The position numbers and the translations under genes were made by a program. 64,000 nt of DNA from Lama glama (taxonomy: Eukaryota): positions 10,542,001 through 10,606,000 of the forward strand of contig CM052818.1 of the NCBI GenBank assembly GCA_028534125.1, given 5' to 3'. Below, piece after piece: positions 36,801 to 49,132 of the stretch (position 1 is its first letter; each line of letters begins with the position of its first letter). A model generated the notes under the pieces. It saw nothing but the letters and a program-made list of their open reading frames with translations. It ran no database searches and was not told the DNA's origin.

Positions 36801-39281
36801 TCTTCTAGACCTTTTTCTTCTTCCTTCTGATCACCTTCTTCTGGGATATCTGCATCCCCATTCCTCTTCCTTGCACCATTTCTTTAAAAATCATATTCTC
36901 TTCTGGGGAAAGTGAGCAGCCAAGGGGTGAGCTACATACACCCTCTCCACTCCTGTATAAGCACATGTCTTATTCTCAGTGCAGGGCTCTTGTTTCCTGG
37001 AGGTCCTTAAAAATGTTGCTCTTACCAGGAATGTCACATGCTGTGGCCCCAGCAGAGAAGCCATGTACAAGGAGGCACTAAGCCCGCTTCCTAAGTTTTG
37101 CTGGCTGGCCCTGTCTGCCAATGAACAGATTTTCTTAGACATTCCTATTTCTATGTTCGTATCTTGGCAGCCCTAACCATGGAAGAGAGTAGAGTTAATG
37201 TTATCAGGAAGGACTAAAGAGGGGCTTAAAAAAGTGTATTATCCACAAAGTTTTTGTGGGTGATACAATACATTCTATGTACTTTCAGGAGGCTTGGTTT
37301 ATCAGCCCCAATGCTGCACCATCATAAAGCTGAGAAAAACAGATCATTCAGGTAGAAACTAAAGGATAGCAAAGAAAGAATGGGATTCTCTATGGAATGA
37401 CCAGAGGCCATGGGGCAGAGTATTCAGTCTGCGCCCCTCTGTGATCTGTTTGACTTCTTGAGGGGAAATCTGATTTCAATTGAGTCATATTGTTTTTAAA
37501 AAATTCCAACCCCAAACAGCACCACAAAGAGGAAATTAAACTATAAAAAGTGCATTAAGGTAAGGGTAGGGATCTAAGTTACTGGCCCAGAAACAAGTCA
37601 AAATCAAAATTAAGAAGAGAACCCGTACGTTGCTCTAGTTAGACATTGCAGATGCCACCACTATTTACAATTGCTTGATGTAAAACAGTCTGCCTTGCCA
37701 TGGATGCTGACATCATCAGCATAGCACTTAGGACTTGGGGATCTCCAAGTACTTTATAAGCATCCCTTTACTTATTCAGTTCTTGTGGACAATCAGATAA
37801 ATAGAGAGTGCCATTAACCAAGCCACATGGATAGAAGCACTCTGGTTGGAAATGCATTCCCAACACAGGGGCTTAGTGATGATTTGGGAGCTAGCAAGGT
37901 ATTGCTGGCCCTCAGAAGACTTGGATACATTCTCTCCCTGATTCAGCTATCCCATACTTTGTAATTCATATTTCTGGCATTAGAGATCTGCGTTAAGATA
38001 GGCAATTGGGTAAAGAGGGCTATTTATATTTTAGCCTTGGTGGTACCACTAACTAGGTATGTGACCTTGGGCAAGCTACGTATCCTCTCTCCTATGCCTA
38101 TGGTCCAAGGTTATTTTCAAGTTCAAGCACAAAATCTAATGCAGTCAAATCTAGGAAAGTCTAGAGTACAAAACAACTGTATTATCATTATATAGGTGAA
38201 GAAAAGGAAAAGCAAAGGAAAGACATAATTTAAAAAATTGAGGATTGGCCACAGTATTTTGCAGGCATGTAAATGTAATAGTACATTTAATTCAGGTATG
38301 GTTGTGCCCTTCCTAATTATTCCTTACACCTGATGTGGCCCATGGGAAAACTCTCTCAGAGGCCGTGCATTTAAGGCCTTGTATATTTTCAGGTTTCCTT
38401 ATTAAGTAGAAACCAGAAGCCTTTTTATATCTCCGTGGGGACACCTCCAGAGCTTGTATCAGCAGAAAAGAAACCATAACCTGAGGTGTTGGGGGTGAGG
38501 ACAGAAAGTCTGAAGGGGCTCAACCCCAAAGCAAAATGGGAGATCACTCTACCTGGCTGGCCATATGGGCTGCACGGCCCTGTGGTCTTCTCCTGGACGT
38601 GGAATGGTCATTGTGTTTAAAAGGAACTTTAGCCTTTAAAGAGGAAAGAGATTAGAGAAGCCTGTGTGTGTGTGTTCTGTTGTGTTTATATACAGGCGCT
38701 TGATCAAGAAGTTTTGGGTCTGTCCATCAGCAATGGGAAAGAAGTAACGGAGAAGAAGGAAAAACTATTAGGAAACAGGTATTAATTGAACATCTGGTTG
38801 ACACTGAGTATTGTACAGCGTGTCATCTGTAATGCTGTTTTTTTAAAAGAGGTTGTACATGATCATATTTTTAAATTCTCAATTGCAAATTGTTTTCAGG
38901 CTCACCAAGCATTTCTTTCTGACAGCTAAACTACCAAAATTTGCCTGGCTTTGAGCTGGGTGCCCTGGCATTCAAAAGAAATTGGAGTCATGGTCACTGA
39001 CCTGGAGGCATTTATGGACTGGTCAAAGAGAACTTTGATAAGAAGAGGAACAGAGAGCAAAATAAGAGGATTTGCAGTTCAGGGCTGCACCGAGTGGCAA
39101 AGACAATCCATGCTTTGAGGGTTCAAAGAAAGGGGAATTCCACAGTCAGAGAAATGGGTATTGGAGTTGTGGGTGGGGGTAGGGAGGCCTCCTGGAAGTG
39201 CTGGGACCAGAAATGGCAGAGAGGTGGGGTTAGAATTTGGAGACTCACCTCTGTGAACACCTTGGTTCTGTGAGCCTGGTA

Positions 39282-39297
39282 CCAGCAGGGGGAGCAC
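39282..39297 (+). promoter_or_regulatory. Candidate CTCF binding site
   Basis: CCAGCAGGGGGAGCAC matches the CTCF core CCASYAGRKGGCRS with one substitution. Motif only; no binding data. Confidence 0.45.
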
Positions 39298-39899
39298 AAG
39301 GTAATAAACAGCTTTGGTTTGAGGACTTGACTGTGCCTTTTGGAGCTAAAGGAAAACAGGCTGAGAGCAAGATGGGATCATTTGCTACTGTCCTCTCTCG
39401 TCTCGCGTGTACCTGTTGCTTTTTGAAAGCCCATTGTGTCTCGTTCCCCTGCCCACTTACAAAACTTGTTCCATGGTAAATAAAGACACAAATCCCAAAC
39501 GAACCAACCAAAAGAGCCCACAAGCAAACAAAGAAAATTTAGACAAGGAAAACTCAGTTAATTTTTCTTTAAAACAACTTCAATTCTTTAGCCTCTCAAT
39601 TCTTTGAACAGTCAGGTACTAGGAGGAGCTCATGGAATAACTCAGAGACCTGTCACTTTAATATTTTCTCTGCCTCAGGGAAGTGGGCTATTTAACAAAA
39701 TTCAGCAAATCAATGACTGTTGGAAAGAAGATTTGGGGGAACTAATGTGATCTTTATAAGGCTTCAGTGGTGAAACATGCATTAAAAAAGGCTGGAGCCT
39801 CATGTTTATTCTCAATGAACTACTTTAACTTTCTAGAAACTTGGTCAAATATGGCTAGTAGATATGTCAGAGTGAGGCTCCAGCTTTACTGAACCAGCT

Positions 39900-40340
39900 C
39901 TGCCCGGCTCTCCATGGCCCTTTTCACGGGGTTTCCATCAGTTCCTCAAAGAACAACACAGCCCTGCCTGCCTCAGGTGCTTTGCACAACCTGTCTCCAC
40001 TGCAAGTCCCACTCTGTCTCCTTCTCCAACTTTTGCCTAGTTGATTTCAACCCATCATTCAGATCTCAACTCAGGCATCATTTCTTTGGCAAGTCATCCA
40101 TAAACTACAAACTAGCTCTGTCTGCCATACGTTCCCAAGGCACTTTGCACTTTTTATTCATCAACACAGCTTGCAATTGCATGTGTGTTTTTGTGACTAT
40201 TCTGCGGACTGCCCTTTACCTTACTAGACTGAAAGCTCCAGGGTATGGGGACTCTGTCCTTTTAATGCACCATTGTGTCCTCAGCATTAAGTATAGTTCC
40301 TGGTACCTAATAAAGCTCAATCACTACTCATCTGTTGGAT
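39900..40340 (+). mobile_element. L2 3' region
   Basis: 'cctgcctcaggtgctttgcac...cattcagatctcaactca...actagactgaaagctccagg...cctggtacctaataaagctcaa'. Confidence 0.85.
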
Positions 40341-40648
40341 GAAAATTGCAGACAATAATTATCCACTGCTAACGGTAGGTGTTACATTCTGCTAAGGGTG
40401 ATGGTAATAGAGAGAACTGAGACTTAGTGGAGGACAATAAGGTCAGGAGAGCCTTGGCAAATGCTAGGTTTTGGAAAGAGAAGGATGGAATGGGGAGAAG
40501 AGTGGCAAGGGTACTGGGAGAGAGGCTGGACAGGCAAGCGTGCACAGTGCTGGCTGAGGGGCGTGTGAAGTGTATGGGGACATGTAGCAGAATATGTGGG
40601 GATGACTGCCCTGGGGCTCATGTAGGTTAAGGCACTAGTCATAGTTCA

Positions 40649-41139
40649 GTGTACTGTGATCTAAAGGATGCTACTGATTGTGTTATTCTTCATTTGTTTC
40701 CCACCCCTGAATTCACTACATTTTTTATAGCCTGCTTGTGTCCCTGGAGGCTGATCCTGGCTCCTGGTTGGATTTGGCCAAGAGAAGGCAGTTGCCTGGA
40801 CTGGAGGGAGGGAGGCAGGGAGGTGGGTTTATCCTCTCCCTTGCTTCCTTGAATGCACATCTCTAGTGGTGGCTGCATCCCTGCATTACTACAGCTCCTG
40901 CTTTGTGGCCCCTCTCCCTTGGCCCAGCCCTCACTGGTTTCAGAAAGTATTTCCCACCCTGATTCCATTAGCCTTAGGGCCTCCTGCTAACCCGAGTCTC
41001 TGTGTGCCTCTCTGCTTATTCTTCTTCCCTTGTTTGTTTCCTTAACCTTGCTTACTCCTCAGTAGCCCCTTCTCTAAAACCTCCTCATTTGAACCATCTG
41101 GAGGCAACTGTGCTTCCTGCTGGGATCCTGACTGATGCT
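40649..41139 (+). mobile_element. ERVL solo LTR, LTR33-like
   Basis: 'ctggctcctggttggatttggccaagagaaggca...gtggctgcatccct...tagccccttctctaaaacctcctca...ttcctgctgggatcctgactgat'. Confidence 0.75.
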
Positions 41140-43029
41140 CTTACTTTCTCCAAGTGATGACACTTACTCACATGTTGCATTTGGTGCAATGCTAGGTACA
41201 GGACTGCTTGCTAACAGGCAACACGATTGCAACTGGCCATTTGTCTAGATTCGCATTAGAAATATCCTCTGTATTTCTGGGCAGCACATTGACTATTAGA
41301 TTCTTGACTCTGTCAATGGAGGGAAAGGCATGCCTTTCTGCTTCTTCTACTGTGCTTGCAAAGACTACACTGTTAACAATCTGATCCCACACCTAAAATC
41401 TTTGACCAAAGAGATGTGACTTAGAAAACCCCACGCTGACAAGGGCATGGAAAATAGAACCATTAGCAGGTAAGAGTGCTTATTAGACATCCAGCCTGCA
41501 AAATTCAGGTCACCAAATCTTTTTTTTTTTTGAACTGGATTATTACACTGTTCTCTAATTTATTTTGCTGGTGCAGACCCTGGGCCTGCACTTGTTCCCT
41601 CATCCCCCCAAAAAAGCACAGCAAAGTAGAACAGGAGGATTATAGGTGTAAGAGATCCTTTCCTGGTTCCAGTCCTATTTTGATATTATTGGCTAGTTAG
41701 ATTTTTCTCCCTAGGCATAATGAACATGTACCCCCAGATCTATAAAATGTCCAATTAAGAAACCAAAGAAAGGGTTCAGGAACTGACTCAGTTACACTGA
41801 TACATAATGTAAGGCCTTAAAAAATAGAAGAGAGTAATTTAAATGTGTTTTTAAACTTATGGCATAATATTTCTTCTGATATTTCCTTCACCCAAACCCC
41901 TGCTGGATACCCAGAGCAGGAAAATACTCAGAATGAATTTTCTAAATTAGGAATTGAGAAATGACCCATTTATAGAAAATCAAAAGCAGTCTCTCTCACA
42001 TTCTGCAAATACCTGAAGAAAATATACGAGGAGGCATTTTAGAATCTGCCACAAAAAGGGCCAGTGCTTGATCTGTAGCATCCTGCTCACTAAAGGAAAC
42101 CTTTCCTCGTACGATGGAATGTTGGAATAGAAGAGACCAGGGCCTGGATCCCATCTTCACTTGGGCTTAGTGGGACTGGGCCGGGGTGCCACCCAGAACT
42201 AAGTGACCTGAAAGTATGGAAATATCCTGTTGGAGATTTAAGATGGAATGGCGACCTGATTAGTTATTCTAATTTTAGTTTCCTTATTTCCTTGATTATT
42301 TTAAAGAGCAATCTTGTATTACACAACTTGTACTTTTCTGCAAATAGACTCATTCTGTTTGTTTTGAGGCTTTATTATTATTTCCCTTGCTTTCCTACAT
42401 AGGAAATGCTACTCAGAAACCATTGTCCATAATCCCAGGGCTTCAAAGGAGATCTGACGGGGCCCCTCGCTGCACTCCCTGTGTGCAGACCCTCTTCTCT
42501 GCTGAGTCTGTAATGGAGAAGAACAAAGATAAACACAAAAATATCTGGACTGTACCTCAATCAAACCTTTAGACATTATCCTTAGCCAAATTCCCCACCC
42601 TTTGCTTTCTCAGGAGGTATATGCCTAAAGGAAAATCAAGCTTTTTATAATTGGTCTTGGAGTATTTTCCATGTGTGAGAGACTGTTATAGTGCTAATTC
42701 ATAAGTGTGTTGACTATGGTTCACAGCAGAAATTCACTTAAACAATAACTCCAAGTCTTGCTGTGTTGGTGCTCTAGGGAGGCTGGACTTACTCAAAGGG
42801 GAGCCAAGAGATGCTCAAAATAAATTATTTTAAATTCAGTTTCATTTTAAACACTTAAGCCAACTATTTGCTTGGGAGTCAGAAGAATGGCCCCATTTCT
42901 GCCAGGATCTTGTGCATTTGGGGTAACCTGAGACATGGCAAAATCTAGCCATAAGGATTTTTGGACTACCTGATATTATTCATATTATAAATATTATTCT
43001 TATTTCTTTTCTCTGTTGATGAGTAAATG

Positions 43030-43620
43030 ATATGTGAGTGTACTTCAATTAATATTTATAGAGTGTGTGAAGCACTCTTAAGAATGCGAAGGTGAGTGAC
43101 ATGTAATGTGTGCTGTCCAGGGTTAGGAAGTCCAGGCAGATTTCTAAATAACAAGGATGGACCTTGTTAAGGGATTAGCAATGTGCCCTAAGATTCCAAC
43201 AGAGAGAGAGAAAGAGCGCAAGCGAGTACTTGCACACTTGTCTTGGAAGATCGGAAAGGTCTCCCTGCAGGAGGTGCCATCAAAGTGATGCATCCGTCTT
43301 CCTCCAGGACTGGCCTGGCCTCTGTCACAGTTTCATAGCTCCCTGTACTCTCCCTTGATGGCATGTCTCTGACTTATAATTACACATTATTTTATTATTT
43401 GAATAATGTCTAGGCCACTAGATTGTAAGCTCAACGTGGGCAGAGACGGTGTCCTTTTTTTTCACTTTCGTATCCCCAGGGTCTTGTATGGTGCCAGTTT
43501 AGAAGGCAGTCAAAAATGTCCAATAAATGGATGAATGAATGAGAGGCATTGAAGAGAAGATGGGAATTGGGGTAGAGAAGGAGTCTTCCAGGTGGAGGGA
43601 ACAGTCTAAAAAACGGTCAT
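43030..43620. mobile_element. Antisense L2 interrupted by a sense L2 3' end (about 43295-43542)
   Basis: The antisense L2 'aaggtctccctgcaggaggtgccat' resumes as 'gaggcattgaag...ttccaggtggagggaacag' after an inner sense L2 'cactagattgtaagctc...gatgaatgaatga'. Confidence 0.65.
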
Positions 43621-46600
43621 GCATAAGCGGCCCCCTGCCAATCCTTAGAGACTTTCTAAACGTTCGAAATGGCAGACTGTGTCAGATCCTTTTACTGAAT
43701 GACAAGAGGACTTATTGAGAGAAATTGTGGCAGGTGCACAAGTATCTCTAACCTTTCCTTCGTAAACTCAAGAACATTTTATCACCCCTGATTTTATTTA
43801 AGCTCTTCTTGAACCTAGTAGATGCTCATTAAATGTCTGAAAGCAGAATTTGACCATGGGTGGATTTACGGAGGTTTTCTGTTCTCGACAACCTTTTGGA
43901 ATAACAAGCTATCATTGCCTACCCCCTGCCCCCTCCTGCCTCTCACTTAAGCCATGTCTTTATGCTGTGAGAAAAATGGTGCAATATGGGGGAAAAAAAG
44001 CAGGGCATCTGGTTCACCAGATATGCATATGGCCGCAACATATGGCAAACCCAGGGCATTTGACCATCGTGCTCATTAGAACGTGCCGGCAAAGCGGATG
44101 CTGCGCGTTCGCTGGGTCTGTGTTGTTCTTCTCCCAGCACGCCGACCTGGTGTTAATCATCAGGACACACTTGGCTTTTCTCGAGCAAATCACTTCCTCC
44201 TCTCCTTTCACCTCTAATTTTTTCGGTAATCCCCTCCTCTTTTGTCTTTACTTTCACTTGGTCATACTCGACAGATCTTACTAAAAACATCAACCTACCA
44301 CAGTAACAACCAAAAGCGACAGCAGCAGCTCACTGCCTTCTCAGGTGGTGGGAAGAAAGCGCAAGTTTCGTTTGCATTAAGGCATTAAGGAAAATAGTCT
44401 GTTTCTCTCAGAGTCTGGGATAATTAACTTTGCACAGAAAAAAAAAGAAAATCTAACCCATCCCAGAGCCCCTGATTCTCACTCAAGGGCTTCACAACTT
44501 CAGGAAGAGGAGGGCCAGGGAGTGTGCAACCCCACCCCCAACCCTGGCAAACAAAACACAACAACAAGCGATTCAAACATTGAGCGTGGATCAGTCTTCA
44601 AAAGCCAGTGAGCTGCTTATTCATTTCATGTATTTGATAGCTTCCCCTTAAAACGTCCCGGCTCCAGCTTTTCCAGGCCCTTCTTAGGTTTCTGTTTCCC
44701 TCTCTCCTCATACCTCCACTTCCCACTTCTCTAAGGAGATTCCATTTTTCGGTTCTCATTGGCAAGTGAAGCATCATTCATTTAGTCCATTTGCATATTC
44801 CGTTTCTGGCCGGGCTGCTCCTCTCCTGTTGCATTTCTAAAAATGAGAAACGAGATCAAAACTCACATTAACCCTGATGTCATCCCCTTTGCTTTTCATT
44901 CATTGCTATTCTTTATTTATCATCTTTCAGCAAATTTTCAATCCATATGACAATACTCCCCATCGAAATCAATTAGAACCAGTTTTGCAAAATAGACTTT
45001 CTGATGCTCTCTGTGAATCTTTTCTTGAATTCCAGCTGTATACAGTTGGTGCACATTCACTTATTGCTAGGTATACATTATTCCTTTCATCTGCTAGTAA
45101 CAACTATCAAAAAATAGCAACAAATTTGTCTGGAAGGATTTATTCTCCACTAGCTCCCTTCTTCTCTAAGTATCACTGATGATTTGATTGAACTCAAAAT
45201 AGTTACAGATTTTTCTCATTTAATACCCAATCCATTATTTCAAAGCAGGAAAAGTACAGATTTTTTTTTCCTTTTAAATAGTTTTATAGACAAAAGTGAA
45301 AGATTTTTCATTCTTGCTTCAAATTCATTGTGAAAACAGAAGGCAGTTTTCCCAGATGGAAATCTGTCATATCATTATGGAAATGTCAGATTTCCACCCG
45401 GGGCATATTGACAAAAAGCCATGGTTTTTGCCCAGGGGGTGGAATTTTGCAAATATTCCCAAGAAGAGCTGCGCTCACTGGAAGAAGACAGAGGCAATTT
45501 CTTTCCCCATTTCAGATTTGTGAGACTGAGCTCTAAGAAACTGGTTTCAGGAAAATACTCAAAGAGGAGAAAGAAGACTTTAGCATCCCCAGTTCTGGCC
45601 ATAGGGGCTTGGCTTTTGTTCCTGAGTCAGTCCTGGCTGTATTTACTTTAATGCTATAGTTACCCTGAGCTCTAACTCTGTTGGCGGTATCACAGAAAAT
45701 GGGTGTGTCATTGCCAAACAGAGGAGAGATTTCCTTCTTTGACCTAACTGATTCTGCCATGTAAAGATCTCCCCTTTAGTTAATAGATATGTTCTTTTTA
45801 AAGTATCTTTTAATTTTGCTAATTGTATTTTTTTTCCCTGAGAATGAAGCACTTTAAACCTCTGTTAGTGGAGTATTCATGCACATATTAGAAATATTAG
45901 CAAACCATGTCCACATTAATGAATGATAAGACATTTAGAGGAAAATAAAACAATCCCCAAACATTCTCATACATTTATAGTCATCAGAATCTCACGCTTT
46001 AACTAGATGAAAGAGATTTGTGAGTGGCATAAGTCATGGCAGAAATAGCCCTGAGACATGAGTTACTCTATTCTGTTGCGTAAAAGTCTTTCTGCTTTGT
46101 ATAATAGCCCTGCAGATTAGCAAGTACAATGCAAAGGATCCAAATATTTTTCTTAAATAGATTTGCTGTTCTCAACAAAAAAACCTCCTCCAAAGATTAC
46201 ACTAGTATAGGTTCTCTGCTTCATTAATATAAATAACTCCAATGTATATTTTTTTCCTAGCAGAAATACCTGCATTAAAAAAAATACAGCAATAACTTCA
46301 AACTTCAAAGGTCTAAACTTCAAAAGGTTTCTTGCATTCTGCTTGATGGGACAGCATCTTATGCACACATGCTTTTTCCCTGCTAAATGCCTTAATAATG
46401 AGCTTGGGTTCAGATTTTGTGAATCGGAGCCAAGTAACTCTATTTTATTATATTTGCTGGGAAATGAACTAGCTCAGGGTAATTAGGAAAGCAATTTTAT
46501 TAGCTTCTATTTCATAAAGATTGTTTTTTAATCAGAGTCAGAACTTACTAGAAATGATTCTGTGCTCATTGCTTGGGTCTCAGGAAATGAAGTGGGGCAC

Positions 46601-46904
46601 TGTAGGTCCTAACCCACAGTAAAACCAACGTGATGAAGACAGAAGCTTTGCTCTTAATCTCTAACAATGCTGTAAAAATAAACCCAATCTGATGGTGTTG
46701 TAAATAAAAGGGTCACAGCTAACGATTACCTGTGTCTAGTTTATTATAGACTAGGGCTTTGATAATTGAAGGAGTTAAAAGCTCTCTTTTAATTGTCCAA
46801 GGAGTCTTGAATTCAAGTTGTGACAATCCTGGTTTGGGGGCTCGGGGGACTAGGGTGGGTAAGAAGCGAAGTAAAACACTGGATTAGGTGAATATGTCTT
46901 CCAG

Positions 46905-47500
46905 AGACAAATGGGGGAAAGAATTGGGACTGATAGTGTATTTAGATAATGTAGTGCAGCTGTGAAAAAGACAAATGCTCTACTGGGGCACACGCATAGA
47001 AAGGGGTGTTGCTTATAGGAAAATGGAGTTTCTGTAATCATGCCTCTCCTGGCAGCCACTTATGGAGCAAGGCATACTGTTTGGGGCACCTCATTATAGA
47101 GAGAACATCAATACTGTAAATTAGAGAGAACTCAGAGAAGGGTGACAAAAAAGATAAAAGGATTAGAAGAGATGACCTATAAAGAAAGGTTAAAGGAACA
47201 TAACATTTAAAGCTTTCAGGAAGAGGAGCCGGAGAGATGGAAGCCTATGCTAACTGTCTACAAATATTTGAGCAATAATAATTTTCAGGAAAGAAGGGGA
47301 TGGCGTGCAGTGGTTGAGAATGGTCTAATAAGAAGTAACGGCTTGAAACTAAGGAAAGGGGAAAATGTCGGTTAGGAGACATTAGGAAAAATTTCTTCCC
47401 AGTAAGGGCAATTAGGCACCGAAGTGAACTGCTTGGGGAGGTGCCTGAGGCCCCATCACTGTAAGAGTTGCAAGTATTTAAGGGGCGTTAAAACACTTGG
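46905..47500 (+). mobile_element. CR1/L3 LINE relic, C-terminal part of ORF2 reverse transcriptase
   Basis: Hand translation gives CSAAVKKTNALLG (from 46950), KLERTQRRVTKKIKGLEEMTYKERLKE (from 47118), LTVYKYL, RSNGLKLRKG and DIRKNFFPVRAIRH...LLGEVPEAPSL. These match CR1 ORF2 motifs (KLERVQRRATKMIKGLE..YEERLKEL, RLDIRKNFF, EVVEAPSLEVFK). Stops and frameshifts are present. Confidence 0.9.
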
Positions 47501-49075
47501 GGAGCTCCTCTGAAGGGAAAGAAAGCCCACGCTTTCCTGAAGACATTCCTGTATGGGAGACCTGGGCTAGAACACCCAGGAGAACTTTCCCAGTGGCCCC
47601 AGCTGTGATGTAAAGCTGGTAAAGAGCGAGTGTGACAGTGGGGGTGGAGGTGGTAAATATGATCCAAGGGAAAAGCCCATCCACGTGTATGGGAAATATC
47701 TTTCCAGAAAGCTGTTATTCCCTACTGCCGGTCGTTAGTGTTGGTGTTCCTCGTTTACCTGGACAGTCATCAAGACATTTACATAAATCACTGCACAACA
47801 CCTCCAGAAGTCAGAGCGCAAGAGGGAAGCGAGGGATGTCTCTGACAAGGAAGCACGTTTAAGAATGAATGGTGTGAGGGTGTGTGCATCAGTTTCTGTT
47901 GTGCCAGCAAAGGGAAATAGAGAAAATTGCCATGTTTTATCATGTCGGACGAGCTGGAACAGGTGACACAGTGATCAGGTGTGCATGCATAATCACTCCC
48001 CCAAATAATCGCCATGTGGAATAATTTCCCCCCAAATCTTGCAGCTTCAACTTATTCTCTGCAAGTGACTCATAAATCTTGGCCTTGAATGTGAATCAAG
48101 ATTCCAAGCTGCAGGCTCAGGGGTTTGTTGGATTTATTCAACTTTAGTCTTTATTTATAGACATAAAAGTGTATTATTGGTTGTAACATCCAAACAAAAG
48201 AAAACAGATTGTAAGCATCCATTAATGTTTTCCCAAAAGGGAAATCGCACGTTTCTCTCGGGTCTTTCATTCTCTCCCTTGTAATATTAAGATGATGTCA
48301 TAAACTCGTAATTACTTTGTGATGTTCTTGTGTACTTTATATCTGTTGGTTCAGAGACGCAAATTCCCTCTCTGATCAGAATGCAGCAAACAATATGAGC
48401 AGGTGGAAGATAAGTCTTCGGTGGCTTGCAATTTAGAAGCCTCTGAAGTTTTGAATTCACACTATTTAAACTCTTTTCTCTGGGAGGGAAAAGATGCATT
48501 TTTAAAATCTTTGGTCTTTCATTATATACATGAGATGAGGTGTTAATTTTACTGGAACAATTACTCTTACTGCCGGAAAAGAAAATTATTTTAGCTAACA
48601 ATGAATGCAGAAGCTATATGAAAAAATTTTATTGTGTTTATCTGGTAGAAATTTTTCATCCACTAATCATATCCAGGAAAGCAAAGACATTTTAAAAGAA
48701 GGGGTACCTTTGTATGCATATTATTAGATGGTTGGCTTTCAAATACCTGTGACATTGGGATAAATAGAAAACACAAAACATAGGTCTGTGAGAGAAAAAT
48801 GAATCACAAGATGGTGACTTTCTATTTTCTTAGCTAAATCTTTGTTCTTTTACTCTCAGCTCAGCTTTTCAATTCTGCAGGAAAGAGGCCATAAAGTATC
48901 TATTTCCAACTCCTCTTTAAGCCTTGCTCAGATTTCTTATTGCTCATTGCTAACCATTTTAATTTCTGACCTCTTCTGCTCCACTAGTTATAGACCCATT
49001 CACTGACCCTCTAGGATTTCCAACTCGGTGATTTATGTCCTTGCCATATTCATGGGAAGCGCCAGCATCAACCTC

Positions 49076-49132
49076 AGAGAAAGAGAGAGGAGAGAGAGAG
49101 GGGGAGGGAGGGAGGGAGAGAGAGAGAGAGAG
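49076..49132. repeat. (GA)n/(GGGA)n polypurine microsatellite
   Basis: Direct reading. Confidence 0.9.
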
